Below are positions 1-8,096 of a stretch of 64,000 nucleotides of DNA, piece after piece. Within the stretch, counting starts at the first letter, position 1. Every line of letters begins with the position of its first letter. This stretch comes from Candidatus Hydrogenedentota bacterium (GTDB lineage: Bacteria; Hydrogenedentota; Hydrogenedentia; Hydrogenedentales; SLHB01), in NCBI GenBank assembly GCA_963674865.2, contig CAXXYE010000006.1, positions 160,001 through 224,000 on the forward strand, in the 5' to 3' direction. Position numbers and translations under genes: made by a program. The notes beneath the pieces are model-generated. The model saw only the letters and a program-made list of their open reading frames with translations. It was not told the DNA's origin and ran no database searches.

Positions 1-643
1 CAACCTTGCCCATCACGTAACCGTTTACGGTGCAGAGCCCTTTGTCTACGACAAGGATGCAGTCCTCGGGAACGTCGCCGCACACCTTCACGTTGCCGGG
101 ACACGTCAACAGATGGCCCCGACACTGCATCTCGACGCCGCCGAAGGTTTTCACCAGGCGGGCAGGCGCCTTCGCCATAATCTCCCTGGTGACGATTTGC
201 GTGGCGGCGCCCAACTGGCCAAGCCCCGGCGTCGCTTCAAGTGAATCCCGCCGCGCAGCGAGCGGCTTGGTGTGTGGAGCAAGAAGCTCGCTGACGCGCT
301 GGAAATGCGATGGCTCGGACGACCGCTCGATGAGGTCGGACACGGCATGCAGGAAATCCAGCTGCGAGCGCTCGAGCTTTCCGAGTTGGCCATTCTGCAA
401 TTCATCGAGCAGACTACGCAGGACAAGTTGGTACCTGCGCCCTTCCGTTTCGAGAGGCACAGGCGTGGCCGACGCCAGCCAGTGCTCAACGGCCTTCGGA
501 ATCGCCGCGCATGATTTCTGGGCCTCAGGATCCCCGTCGTAGGATTGGTACCAGGCCGCGCAGAGGGCAATATCCTCGAGCCACAACGTGGCGACCTCTT
601 CGGGCTTCAGCCTCGAGACATGTTCGATGAATGATTTAAGCAT
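1..643 (-). CDS. Hypothetical protein, partial (runs off the window start); the visible distal part has beta-helix-like G/V-rich repeats
   Basis: Read manually: open frame from ATG at 643 (MLKSFIEHVSRLKPEEV...) to the window edge (...CPGNVKVCGDVPEDCILVVDKGLCTVNGYVMGKV) with no stop; not in the ORF track because it is truncated. Confidence 0.7.
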   Translation of the reverse strand, partial: MLKSFIEHVSRLKPEEVATLWLEDIALCAAWYQSYDGDPEAQKSCAAIPKAVEHWLASATPVPLETEGRRYQLVLRSLLDELQNGQLGKLERSQLDFLHAVSDLIERSSEPSHFQRVSELLAPHTKPLAARRDSLEATPGLGQLGAATQIVTREIMAKAPARLVKTFGGVEMQCRGHLLTCPGNVKVCGDVPEDCILVVDKGLCTVNGYVMGKV

Positions 644-746
644 CGCGTTTGACCGTCTTTGGCCGTCGCCGGTGCATTCCCGCAGGGGCCTTTTGTGCAT
701 CCCCCGTCATAAGTCCCAGCCGATGTGTCGCGCTCACGACGACAAC

Positions 747-1808
747 TCAGTTCAAACCGTCGGATACCTCCCGCGACAAGTCAATGCTTTCCTTGTAAGG
801 CGGGCGAATCACGCCCTTCTCCGTGATAATGCCCGCAATCAGCCGCGCCGGCGTCACGTCGAACGCCGGGTTATAAACCTTGACGTCGTCCGGCGCCGTT
901 TGGCGGCCGAAGCCATTCGTAACCTCAAGGGGATCACGCTGTTCGATGGGAATGCTCTCGCCGCTCGCCAGTTCGAGGTCGAAGGTTGAATACGGGGCGG
1001 CGACATAGAACGGGATATCATGGGCTTTGGCCAGAACGGCTACGCCGTAGGTGCCGATCTTGTTCGCGGCGTCACCATTCGCCGCGATGCGATCCGCGCC
1101 GACAACCACCAATTGGATCTTGCCTTCCTTCATCACCTGGGCCGCCATGTTATCGCAGATCAACGTCGTATCGATACGCGCCTCGGTAAGCTCCCACGCG
1201 GTAAGACGTGCCCCTTGCAGCAGCGGACGGGTTTCGTCCGCATACACTTGGAAGCGGCGGCCAAGTTCGTGCGCTCGAAACATCACGGCGAGCGCCGTGC
1301 CATAATCCGAAGTCGCCAGCCCCCCCGCGTTGCAGTGAGTCAAGACACCATCACCGTCTTTGATGAGGGCCTGCCCATGCTCCCCAATAGCCCGGCACAA
1401 GCGGCGGTCCTCCGCCCAGATGGCTACCGCTTCCTTCTCAATCGATTGAAGGAGCACCGCCGCGTCCTGCGCATCTTCGGCACAGGCGTCCGCCGCATTC
1501 TTCATGCGCGCCAACGCCCAGAACAAATTCACCGCCGTGGGCCGGGACGTCGCCAGGTGATCCGCGCTCTCATACACGGTCCTGATCGTGTCGGCCACGT
1601 CTTTGGGCGACTTCTCCCTGACGCCGACGAGGACTCCGAAGGCCGCCGCCACGCCGATGGCCGGCGCCCCCCGCACCCGCAAGGTCTTGATAGCCTCCCA
1701 CACGGAGTCAAGGCTATCAAGCGTAATCTCTCGATATACCGTCGGCAGCAGCGTCTGATCGATGATCTTCAGCCGGCCGTTTTCCCACTGGACTGTCTTC
1801 GTTGGCAT
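747..1808 (-). CDS. mtnA: S-methyl-5-thioribose-1-phosphate isomerase (eIF-2B alpha family)
   Basis: Motifs IIDQTLLP, VRGAPAIG, SRPTAVNL, LTHCNAGGLAT, DETRPLLQGARLTAWEL, NKIGTY, NPAFDVTP; start set at MPTKTVQW. Confidence 0.95.
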   Translation of the reverse strand: MPTKTVQWENGRLKIIDQTLLPTVYREITLDSLDSVWEAIKTLRVRGAPAIGVAAAFGVLVGVREKSPKDVADTIRTVYESADHLATSRPTAVNLFWALARMKNAADACAEDAQDAAVLLQSIEKEAVAIWAEDRRLCRAIGEHGQALIKDGDGVLTHCNAGGLATSDYGTALAVMFRAHELGRRFQVYADETRPLLQGARLTAWELTEARIDTTLICDNMAAQVMKEGKIQLVVVGADRIAANGDAANKIGTYGVAVLAKAHDIPFYVAAPYSTFDLELASGESIPIEQRDPLEVTNGFGRQTAPDDVKVYNPAFDVTPARLIAGIITEKGVIRPPYKESIDLSREVSDGLN

Positions 1809-1839
1809 AACTGCACGATTCCGGTTGTCACGGGCGCTC

Positions 1840-1868
1840 ATGCTACTACGCAGCGGCCTGTGAAGCAA
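1840..1868 (-). promoter_or_regulatory. Putative sigma-70 promoter for mtnA (TTGCTT-N17-TAGCAT)
   Basis: Minus strand reads TTGCTT cacaggccgctgcgtag TAGCAT about 30 nt upstream of the start. Confidence 0.45.
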
Positions 1869-1948
1869 CCCCCCATTGGCCGCGTAGGTGCCGCCATGTC
1901 CTTGGATACTGCGGGCCGTCCCGTTTGAGGCCTGACGCCAGGACATCA

Positions 1949-2647
1949 TCATGGCGCGGCGTAGATCATATACACCCCGCCCAGAATCACCAACACGCCG
2001 CATGTCCGCCTAAGTAGCGGTGCGCCTCTGGAACGCTCATTCCAGTTGAGGCAACGTTGAACCATCTTGGTTGACGTGCCCGCGAGAACGATGACTGAGC
2101 AGTGGCCCACACCGTAGGCCGCCAACAGCAGAATGCCATAGGCCAAATTCCCGCCGGCGAGCTTGAATGTCACCCCAAGCACAGGCGCCATGTAAGCGAA
2201 GGTACAAGGACCCAACGCGATACCAAACGCCAGGCCAAGAAAGAAGGCAGCCGGGGCGCCCCGAAGGTGCGTACCAACGCTGCCGCGCCCCCACCACGGT
2301 ATCTCAATCACACCCAGCAGGTGGAGGCCCACCAGAAAGAACACAGCCGCAACGAGGTAGTTGCCGTACGGCCCAACGTCCCCCATCATGCGCCCCGCCG
2401 ACGCCGTGATCGCCCCTATCAGTCCTACCGTGATCAGGATACCCATTGCGAAGAGCGACGAAAGGCAAAACGCACGGCGCGAACTGACCCGGCCCTGCTC
2501 ATCAACGAAACCAATAATGAGCGGAATGCTCGCAAGATGACACGGGCTCAGGACAATGCTCAGAACGCCCCAGAAGAAGGAAGCGGCGATAGCTACGCCG
2601 GCGTTGCCTTCCACCGCCCAGGTCAGTGTAGTGAACAGTCCCTGCAT
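1949..2647 (-). CDS. ccdA: CcdA/DsbD-family membrane thiol-disulfide electron transporter
   Basis: Hydrophobic multi-TM protein with the two conserved Pro-Cys motifs LSPCHL and LGPCTF; next to thioredoxins. Confidence 0.85.
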   Translation of the reverse strand: MQGLFTTLTWAVEGNAGVAIAASFFWGVLSIVLSPCHLASIPLIIGFVDEQGRVSSRRAFCLSSLFAMGILITVGLIGAITASAGRMMGDVGPYGNYLVAAVFFLVGLHLLGVIEIPWWGRGSVGTHLRGAPAAFFLGLAFGIALGPCTFAYMAPVLGVTFKLAGGNLAYGILLLAAYGVGHCSVIVLAGTSTKMVQRCLNWNERSRGAPLLRRTCGVLVILGGVYMIYAAP

Positions 2648-2752
2648 CCTATTTCGTTGCCCACTTCGCGTGTGTTCCCTGTAGGACGATGTTCGCCATC
2701 ACAATATCGTATGCGGCTGGCCTCGCCCTACTGGGCGATAGCTGCACATTCT

Positions 2753-3268
2753 TCACGGCCCCGAGTCCTCGCCACGCCTGATAACAACTCCAAGCTCATC
2801 CCACTTCGCCAAGATATCCTGCTTCGAGAAGAAGCCCTCGTGGCGGAACAACTCTCTGCCTGATGTGTCATAGAAGATCTGCGTGGGAATCCCGCGGATG
2901 CGGTAGCGTTCCTTTTCGGTGGGATTCTCCCACACGTCGATAAACTCGACCTCCATGCAGCCTGCATAGTCTTTCCTAAGTTCATCGAGGATGGGCGCCA
3001 TCATCTTGCAAGGAATACACTTATGTGCGCCAAGGTCCACCAGGCGCGGGAGCGGCTTGGCGGCGGCGGCTTCTGCCGCGCTGCCTTGGGCGGCCTGCCC
3101 AAGGGGAGTGGAAGCACCCGTCGCGCCCGGGACGTGTTGCTTGAGATAGACGGCCCCGGCGATCGCCACGACGAGCGCCGCGATGATCGCGACCTTCATT
3201 CCCAGCCCAACGCCTGGCGTGCCTTGTGGTGTGCGTTCGTCCTCTGCCACGGAACTTCTCCTCATCAT
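2753..3268 (-). CDS. Membrane-anchored thioredoxin-family protein
   Basis: N-terminal TM segment, then DLGAHKCIPCKMM (CxxC) and RGIPTQIF (cis-Pro loop). Confidence 0.9.
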   Translation of the reverse strand: MMRRSSVAEDERTPQGTPGVGLGMKVAIIAALVVAIAGAVYLKQHVPGATGASTPLGQAAQGSAAEAAAAKPLPRLVDLGAHKCIPCKMMAPILDELRKDYAGCMEVEFIDVWENPTEKERYRIRGIPTQIFYDTSGRELFRHEGFFSKQDILAKWDELGVVIRRGEDSGP

Positions 3269-3290
3269 CGGGCGTGCACGATTGCCCGCA

Positions 3291-3524
3291 CTATCGAACC
3301 AGGTCCTTGACCTCGTCTAGCGATGGCACTTCCCCCGATACCTTGACTTCCCCGTCGACTACCAAGGCCGGTGTCATCATCACGCCGAAAGCCAGTATCT
3401 TTTCGATCTCCGTCACCTTCTCTATCTCATACTCAAGGCCGAGCGCCTGCGCGGCCTCCTCCGCAACCGCCCTCAGTTTCTCGCATTTCGGACATCCCAT
3501 ACCGAGTATCTGCAGCTTCCTCAT
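3291..3524 (-). CDS. Small redox-active disulfide protein (MTH895/TM0996-like thioredoxin)
   Basis: 77 aa, ILGMGCPKC, GVMMTPALVVDGEVKVSG. Confidence 0.9.
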   Translation of the reverse strand: MRKLQILGMGCPKCEKLRAVAEEAAQALGLEYEIEKVTEIEKILAFGVMMTPALVVDGEVKVSGEVPSLDEVKDLVR

Positions 3525-3545
3525 CTTCCTTGTCTCCTCACGTCC

Positions 3546-4856
3546 TCACACATTTGGTCCGCTCGTAATCACGCCGAAAACCATGCCGCTTGCCGTAGCC
3601 ATAGTCACCACCAGGGCGATGTATACAACCGTCTTCCTCGTACCTAGCACGCTCCGAATCACCAACATATTCGGCAGGCTCAGGGCCGGGCCTGCCAGCA
3701 GCAACGCTAGCGCCGGGCCCTTACCCATGCCGCTACCGATCAAGCCTTGAAGAATGGGCACCTCCGTCAACGTGGCAAAGTACATGAAGGCCCCGGCCAA
3801 GGCAGCAAAGAAGTTGGCGAGAAGGGAGTTGCCACCCACTGCGCCGGCTACCCATGCCGACGGAATAAGCCCTTCCTCCCCCGGCCGGCCAAGCAGCAGC
3901 CCTGCCGCCAATACGCCGAAGAACAAGAGCGGGAGAATCTGCTTGGCAAATCCCCACGCGGCAGCAAACCACTTGCCCAACTCCCCGCCTTCCGTATTCG
4001 CCAAGACGGACAATCCCAAGACCGCCGCCGCGAACGCCACCGGAGGCCGATGCGGAAGGACGATCGCCAGTACGGCCGCCGGCGTCCATGCGAGAGCCAT
4101 TTTCCACCATACCACGCCGAACCACGCCACGAGGACGACGGCCAGAAGAACCCCCGCCAACGCCGTGCCCTCCCATTTCCAGGAGTAGACGGCGTGCCAA
4201 ATTCCCGTGGGCGCGTCCGGCCTCCCCCAGTTGGCAAGCACCAGAATCGCCACCATGGCCGCAAAGTAGACGCCATTTTGCCAAAGTGGCCGGGACACCT
4301 CCGGGGCAAGCGTTCGCGCGGCTTTCACCTTCGCCGCCTCTTCCTTCCGAAAAACGGCGTGCATCGCCAGGCCTATCACAACGCTGAAGGCAATGGCGCC
4401 TACCGCGCGTGCAATGCCCAGTTCCAGGCCCAGCACCCGCGCCGTCAAGATGATCGCCAGCACGTTGATCGCCGGGCCCGAGTACAGAAAAGCCGTCGCC
4501 GGGCCCAATCCGGCCCCCATCCGGTAGATTCCCGCGAAAAGTGGAAGCACGGTACATGAGCACACGGCAAGAATCGTCCCTGAAACCGAAGCCACCGCAT
4601 AGGCCACCACTTTGTTCGCGCCGGCGCCCAGGTACTTCATCACGGAAGCCTGACTTACGAACACCGCGATGGCGCCGGCGATGAAGAAGGCCGGCACGAG
4701 GCAGAGCAAGACATGCTCCCGGGCGTACCATTGGACGAGGTGCAGCGCCTCCGTCAGCGCCGCGTCAAAGCGGTTGTTGCCAACAGGCAGATAGAAACAG
4801 GCGAGAAACGCTGCCGCGATGTACGCCAGCGGCTTCCACTCCTTCCTCCAATCCAT
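3546..4856 (-). CDS. Predicted permease, ArsP/DUF318 family
   Basis: Multi-TM; AVCSCTVLPLF, FLYSGPAIN, YFATLTEVP, LLAGPALSLP motifs; downstream of an ArsR gene; start set at MDWRKEW. Confidence 0.85.
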   Translation of the reverse strand: MDWRKEWKPLAYIAAAFLACFYLPVGNNRFDAALTEALHLVQWYAREHVLLCLVPAFFIAGAIAVFVSQASVMKYLGAGANKVVAYAVASVSGTILAVCSCTVLPLFAGIYRMGAGLGPATAFLYSGPAINVLAIILTARVLGLELGIARAVGAIAFSVVIGLAMHAVFRKEEAAKVKAARTLAPEVSRPLWQNGVYFAAMVAILVLANWGRPDAPTGIWHAVYSWKWEGTALAGVLLAVVLVAWFGVVWWKMALAWTPAAVLAIVLPHRPPVAFAAAVLGLSVLANTEGGELGKWFAAAWGFAKQILPLLFFGVLAAGLLLGRPGEEGLIPSAWVAGAVGGNSLLANFFAALAGAFMYFATLTEVPILQGLIGSGMGKGPALALLLAGPALSLPNMLVIRSVLGTRKTVVYIALVVTMATASGMVFGVITSGPNV

Positions 4857-4895
4857 CGCATACACTCCCAAAGCCCGCAAACAGGGCCGACATTC

Positions 4896-4917
4896 TATTT
4901 GGCCAAATTACCAAGCG
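4896..4917. promoter_or_regulatory. Putative ArsR-family operator, copy 2
   Basis: TATTTGGCCAAATTACCAAGCG; shares the TATTTGGC half-site with the element over the arsR promoter. Confidence 0.45.
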
Positions 4918-4941
4918 ACTGCCAAAAAAAGAGAGTCTCGC

Positions 4942-5268
4942 CTACGCCTGGTGCAGTAGCGCCATTTGGTCCTTGGCATTCGTTTCCAGGACGGTCTCGA
5001 TACACCCGAAAAGGCTCAGTACGCAGGGAATCCGCAGCCGGTAATACACCTGCAATCCACGCTTTTCGTCCTGAACGATGCCGGCAACCCTCAGCACCGA
5101 AAGGTGCTTGGAGACTGTGGACGTGTCTGCGCCCACCAATGCCGTCAATTCGCACACGCAGCGCTCACCCTTGGCCAGCTCTTCGACCATGAACAGCCGC
5201 GTGGGGTGCCCAAGCGCCTTGAAAATGCGCGACCGCGCCTCACATCGGGCATATCGTAGGCTATCCAT
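4942..5268 (-). CDS. ArsR/SmtB family transcriptional regulator
   Basis: FKALGHPTRL...ERCVCEL...STVSKHLSVLR..GIV...KRG..VYY: winged HTH with the alpha3 CVC metal site. Confidence 0.93.
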   Translation of the reverse strand: MDSLRYARCEARSRIFKALGHPTRLFMVEELAKGERCVCELTALVGADTSTVSKHLSVLRVAGIVQDEKRGLQVYYRLRIPCVLSLFGCIETVLETNAKDQMALLHQA

Positions 5269-5285
5269 GGGCCTCCTCCGTCATC

Positions 5286-5323
5286 TTTATGAATATTATG
5301 CCAAATAACCATGCATTTGTCAA
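5286..5323 (-). promoter_or_regulatory. Sigma-70 promoter of the arsR operon (TTGACA-N17-CATAAT) overlapped by a putative ArsR operator
   Basis: Minus strand: TTGACA aatgcatggttatttgg CATAAT; TATTTGGCATAATATTCATAAA spans the -10 box. Confidence 0.65.
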
Positions 5324-5507
5324 GATGGCGTAACGAGCCGGCAAGACGCGGCTGGGAGCCTCTATGCTCTCTCGAAGCCGGAATACCACGAAGCCACAGC
5401 CGTTGTTGATGACGATGGGCGCGTATATCTCTTGTTCAGCGGCCCGGGCGAAGTGGAGGTGGAGACATTCGTCCAGGAATAGGTATGGCCCTCGAAGGCC
5501 CGGGGAG

Positions 5508-5516
5508 TGGTATAAT
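5508..5516 (+). promoter_or_regulatory. Extended -10 promoter element (TGGTATAAT) upstream of the GH172 pair
   Basis: TGnTATAAT about 85 nt before the ATG; GGAGG RBS before 5601. Confidence 0.5.
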
Positions 5517-5600
5517 CAGCGGGCTGCTATCCTGAACGGCACACAGTGGCGTACGCTTCCGGGGCGCGCCGGCTTCCGCAACCATGGAGGATGACACAGC

Positions 5601-6671
5601 ATGTACAACGGCCTGAACCTCGGCCTTGGGAACCTCTCTTTGCTCTCCAATGCGCGTTCGCGCTCCCTCTCGGCCGAGAACTTCACCGGCGAGAAAGGCA
5701 AAGGCGCCATGGCCGAGGACGGCACCGGCGCCGCATGCGCCCGCGACCTCGGGCAAGGATGGAAGATCTCCCCGTCGGTGAAGATCGAGGCGGGGGAAAC
5801 CTTCGAACTCGCCGACATCAAGGGGCCCGGCGCTATCCAGCAGATGTGGATGACGCCGACGGGGAAATGGCGGCTCGCTATTCTGCGCGTCTACTGGGAC
5901 GGCGCCGACAGCCCGAGCATCGAGTGCCCGCTCGGGGACTTCTTCTGCATGGGCTGGGGCGAATACGCCCACGTCAACTCCCTGGCCGTGTGCGTCAATC
6001 CCGGCAGCGCATTCAATTGCTACTGGGAGATGCCCTTCCGCAAGCACTGCCGCATAACCGTCGAGAACATCGACACCGAGGCCATGACGCTCTATTACCA
6101 AGTCAACTACACGTTGACGGATGTCCCCGACGAGGCCGGCTATTTCCACGCCCAGTTCCGCCGCGTCAATCCTCTTCCCTACAAGGACGTCTACACCATC
6201 GTCGACGGAATCCGCGGCAAGGGGCACTTCGTAGGCACCTACCTCGCCTGGCAAGTCAACAACACCGGCTGGTGGGGAGAAGGTGAGATCAAGTTCTACA
6301 TCGACGGCGACGCGGAGTTTCCCACTATCTGCGGCACGGGCACGGAGGATTACTTCTGCGGCTCCTACAACTTCGATCGAGGTGGACAGTACACGGAGTT
6401 CTCGACGGCCTATTCAGGTTTGCCGCAGGTCATTCGCCCCGATGGCACCTACCGCTCCCAGCAGCGATTCGGCCTTTACCGCTGGCACATCATGGATCCC
6501 GTCCGCTTCCAGGAGGACCTCTGCGTCACCATACAGGCCCTCGGCTGGCGGAGCGGCGGACGCTACCTGCCCCTGCAGGACGACATCGCATCCGTCGCCT
6601 ATTGGTATCAGGCCGAGCCGCATGAACCGTTCCCGGAACTCCCGAGCAAGGACGAGTTGGAGGTGATCTAG
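5601..6671 (+). CDS. DUF2961 / glycoside hydrolase family 172 protein, copy 1
   Basis: RSLSAENFTGEKG, GPGAIQQMW, WWGEGEIKFYIDG, GTGTEDYF, YRWHIMDPVRF, DDIASVAYWYQ; no signal peptide. Confidence 0.9.
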   Translation: MYNGLNLGLGNLSLLSNARSRSLSAENFTGEKGKGAMAEDGTGAACARDLGQGWKISPSVKIEAGETFELADIKGPGAIQQMWMTPTGKWRLAILRVYWDGADSPSIECPLGDFFCMGWGEYAHVNSLAVCVNPGSAFNCYWEMPFRKHCRITVENIDTEAMTLYYQVNYTLTDVPDEAGYFHAQFRRVNPLPYKDVYTIVDGIRGKGHFVGTYLAWQVNNTGWWGEGEIKFYIDGDAEFPTICGTGTEDYFCGSYNFDRGGQYTEFSTAYSGLPQVIRPDGTYRSQQRFGLYRWHIMDPVRFQEDLCVTIQALGWRSGGRYLPLQDDIASVAYWYQAEPHEPFPELPSKDELEVI

Positions 6672-6710
6672 CCGGGCGCCCCGCCGGGGCCGGCAGGAAA
6701 GGAAAGCATC

Positions 6711-7778
6711 GTGTACGACGGACTCAACCTGAATCTCGGCAACCTCTCGCGCCTGTCCCACGCGAAATCGAGGTCCCTTTCCGCCGAGAACACCACCGGC
6801 GAGCAGGGCAAAGGCACCTTGGCAGCGGAGGGACTCGGTAGCCGCGCCTCTCGTGACCTGGGCCAAGGCTGGAAAGTCGCTCCGGCCGTGAAGCTCGCCC
6901 CCGGCGGCGTGCTCGATCTGGCCGATGTCAAAGGCCCCGGCGCCATTCAGCAGATGTGGTTCACCATCACCGGCCACTGGCGCTTCAGCATCCTCCGTGT
7001 GTACTGGGATAAGGAGAGGACACCGAGCATCGAAGTCCCCATCGGCGATTTCTTCGGCATGGGGTGGTGCCGCTACGCGCCGCTTGTGTCGCAGCCCGTT
7101 TGCGTTAATCCCGGCAGCGCTTTCAATTCCTACTGGGAGATGCCCTTCCGAAAGCACTGCCGGATGACGCTCGAGAACCTCGGCGATGACGAGATCACCG
7201 TCTTCTATCAGATCAATTACACCCTCACCGACGTGCCGGAGGACGCCGGCTATTTCCACGCCCAGTTCCGCCGCACCAATCCCGTGCGCTATAAGGATGT
7301 CTACACCATCCTCGACGGCGTTCAGGGACACGGCCACTACGTGGGCACCTACATGGCCTGGCAATCCAACAACACCGGCTGGTGGGGCGAAGGCGAGATC
7401 AAGTTCCTCATCGACGGCGATGAAGCCCCCACCATCTGCGGCACCGGCACCGAGGACTACTTCTGCGGCTCCTATGGATTCACTGTCGACCGCCAGTACC
7501 AGGACTACACCACACCCTTCGCGGGCATGCACCAGGTGATCCGGCCGGACGGCGCATACCAGTCCCAGCAACGATTCGGCCTCTACCGCTGGCACGTCAT
7601 GGATCCCGTGCGATTTGAGAAGGATCTCAACGTCACCATGCAGGCCCTCGGATGGCGCAGCGGCGGCCGCTATCTGCCTCTTCAGGATGACATTGCCTCC
7701 GTCGCTTACTGGTACCAAGCCGAGCCGCACGCTCCCTTCCCCACATTTCCGGATCGTGACACGCTCGAGGTGATATGA
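6711..7778 (+). CDS. DUF2961 / glycoside hydrolase family 172 protein, copy 2
   Basis: Full-length paralog of 5601-6671 with the same motifs; GTG start. Confidence 0.9.
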   Translation: MYDGLNLNLGNLSRLSHAKSRSLSAENTTGEQGKGTLAAEGLGSRASRDLGQGWKVAPAVKLAPGGVLDLADVKGPGAIQQMWFTITGHWRFSILRVYWDKERTPSIEVPIGDFFGMGWCRYAPLVSQPVCVNPGSAFNSYWEMPFRKHCRMTLENLGDDEITVFYQINYTLTDVPEDAGYFHAQFRRTNPVRYKDVYTILDGVQGHGHYVGTYMAWQSNNTGWWGEGEIKFLIDGDEAPTICGTGTEDYFCGSYGFTVDRQYQDYTTPFAGMHQVIRPDGAYQSQQRFGLYRWHVMDPVRFEKDLNVTMQALGWRSGGRYLPLQDDIASVAYWYQAEPHAPFPTFPDRDTLEVI

Positions 7779-7972
7779 TGGACGGTATGCTCTCATCAAT
7801 AGCTGCTGTCGGCGCCCGGCTCAACACTGTCGAACTCCAGACGCACTACCAGGCGGCGGTGCTTCGCATGGAGAAGGAACTCATCCAAGACGTGGGCCAA
7901 GCTGCCGTCAAACTCATCGAGAGCGCAACCATCGACCCCGCCATCGGCCAGCGCCTCGATATCCGCGGCTGA
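7775..7972 (+). CDS. Small YjfB-like (putative motility) protein
   Basis: 65 aa ending AAVLRMEKE...AAVKLIES...DPAIGQRLDIRG, matching the YjfB C-terminal P-x-x-G-x-x-[LI]-D pattern; overlaps the GH172-2 stop. Confidence 0.6.
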   Translation: MMDGMLSSIAAVGARLNTVELQTHYQAAVLRMEKELIQDVGQAAVKLIESATIDPAIGQRLDIRG

Positions 7973-8096
7973 GTTTCAAGCCGCCGAAGAGTCTCTATTC
8001 CCGTCTCGTCTCCGGCGGACAGGCGACTTGATATTCCCACGTGCTCTATGACTGAATGCCCGCAAGACCGCCGCAGAATCCTAGGAGTAATGACAA

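Noticed and set aside
1809..1948. Possible SAM riboswitch upstream of mtnA
   Set aside because: No SAM-I/II consensus (AUC..GAG, GGCAACC etc.), and a plausible promoter lies only about 30 nt from the start codon
2648..3524. Selenocysteine read-through in the thioredoxin genes
   Set aside because: Both have ordinary CxxC motifs, and the TGA stop falls after a complete domain
5436..7799. Long antisense ORFs opposite the GH172 genes, and similar ones at 18236-19729, 47205-48299, 56000-57700 and 61478-63259
   Set aside because: Shadow ORFs expected from high-GC codon bias opposite well-supported genes; no recognisable motifs
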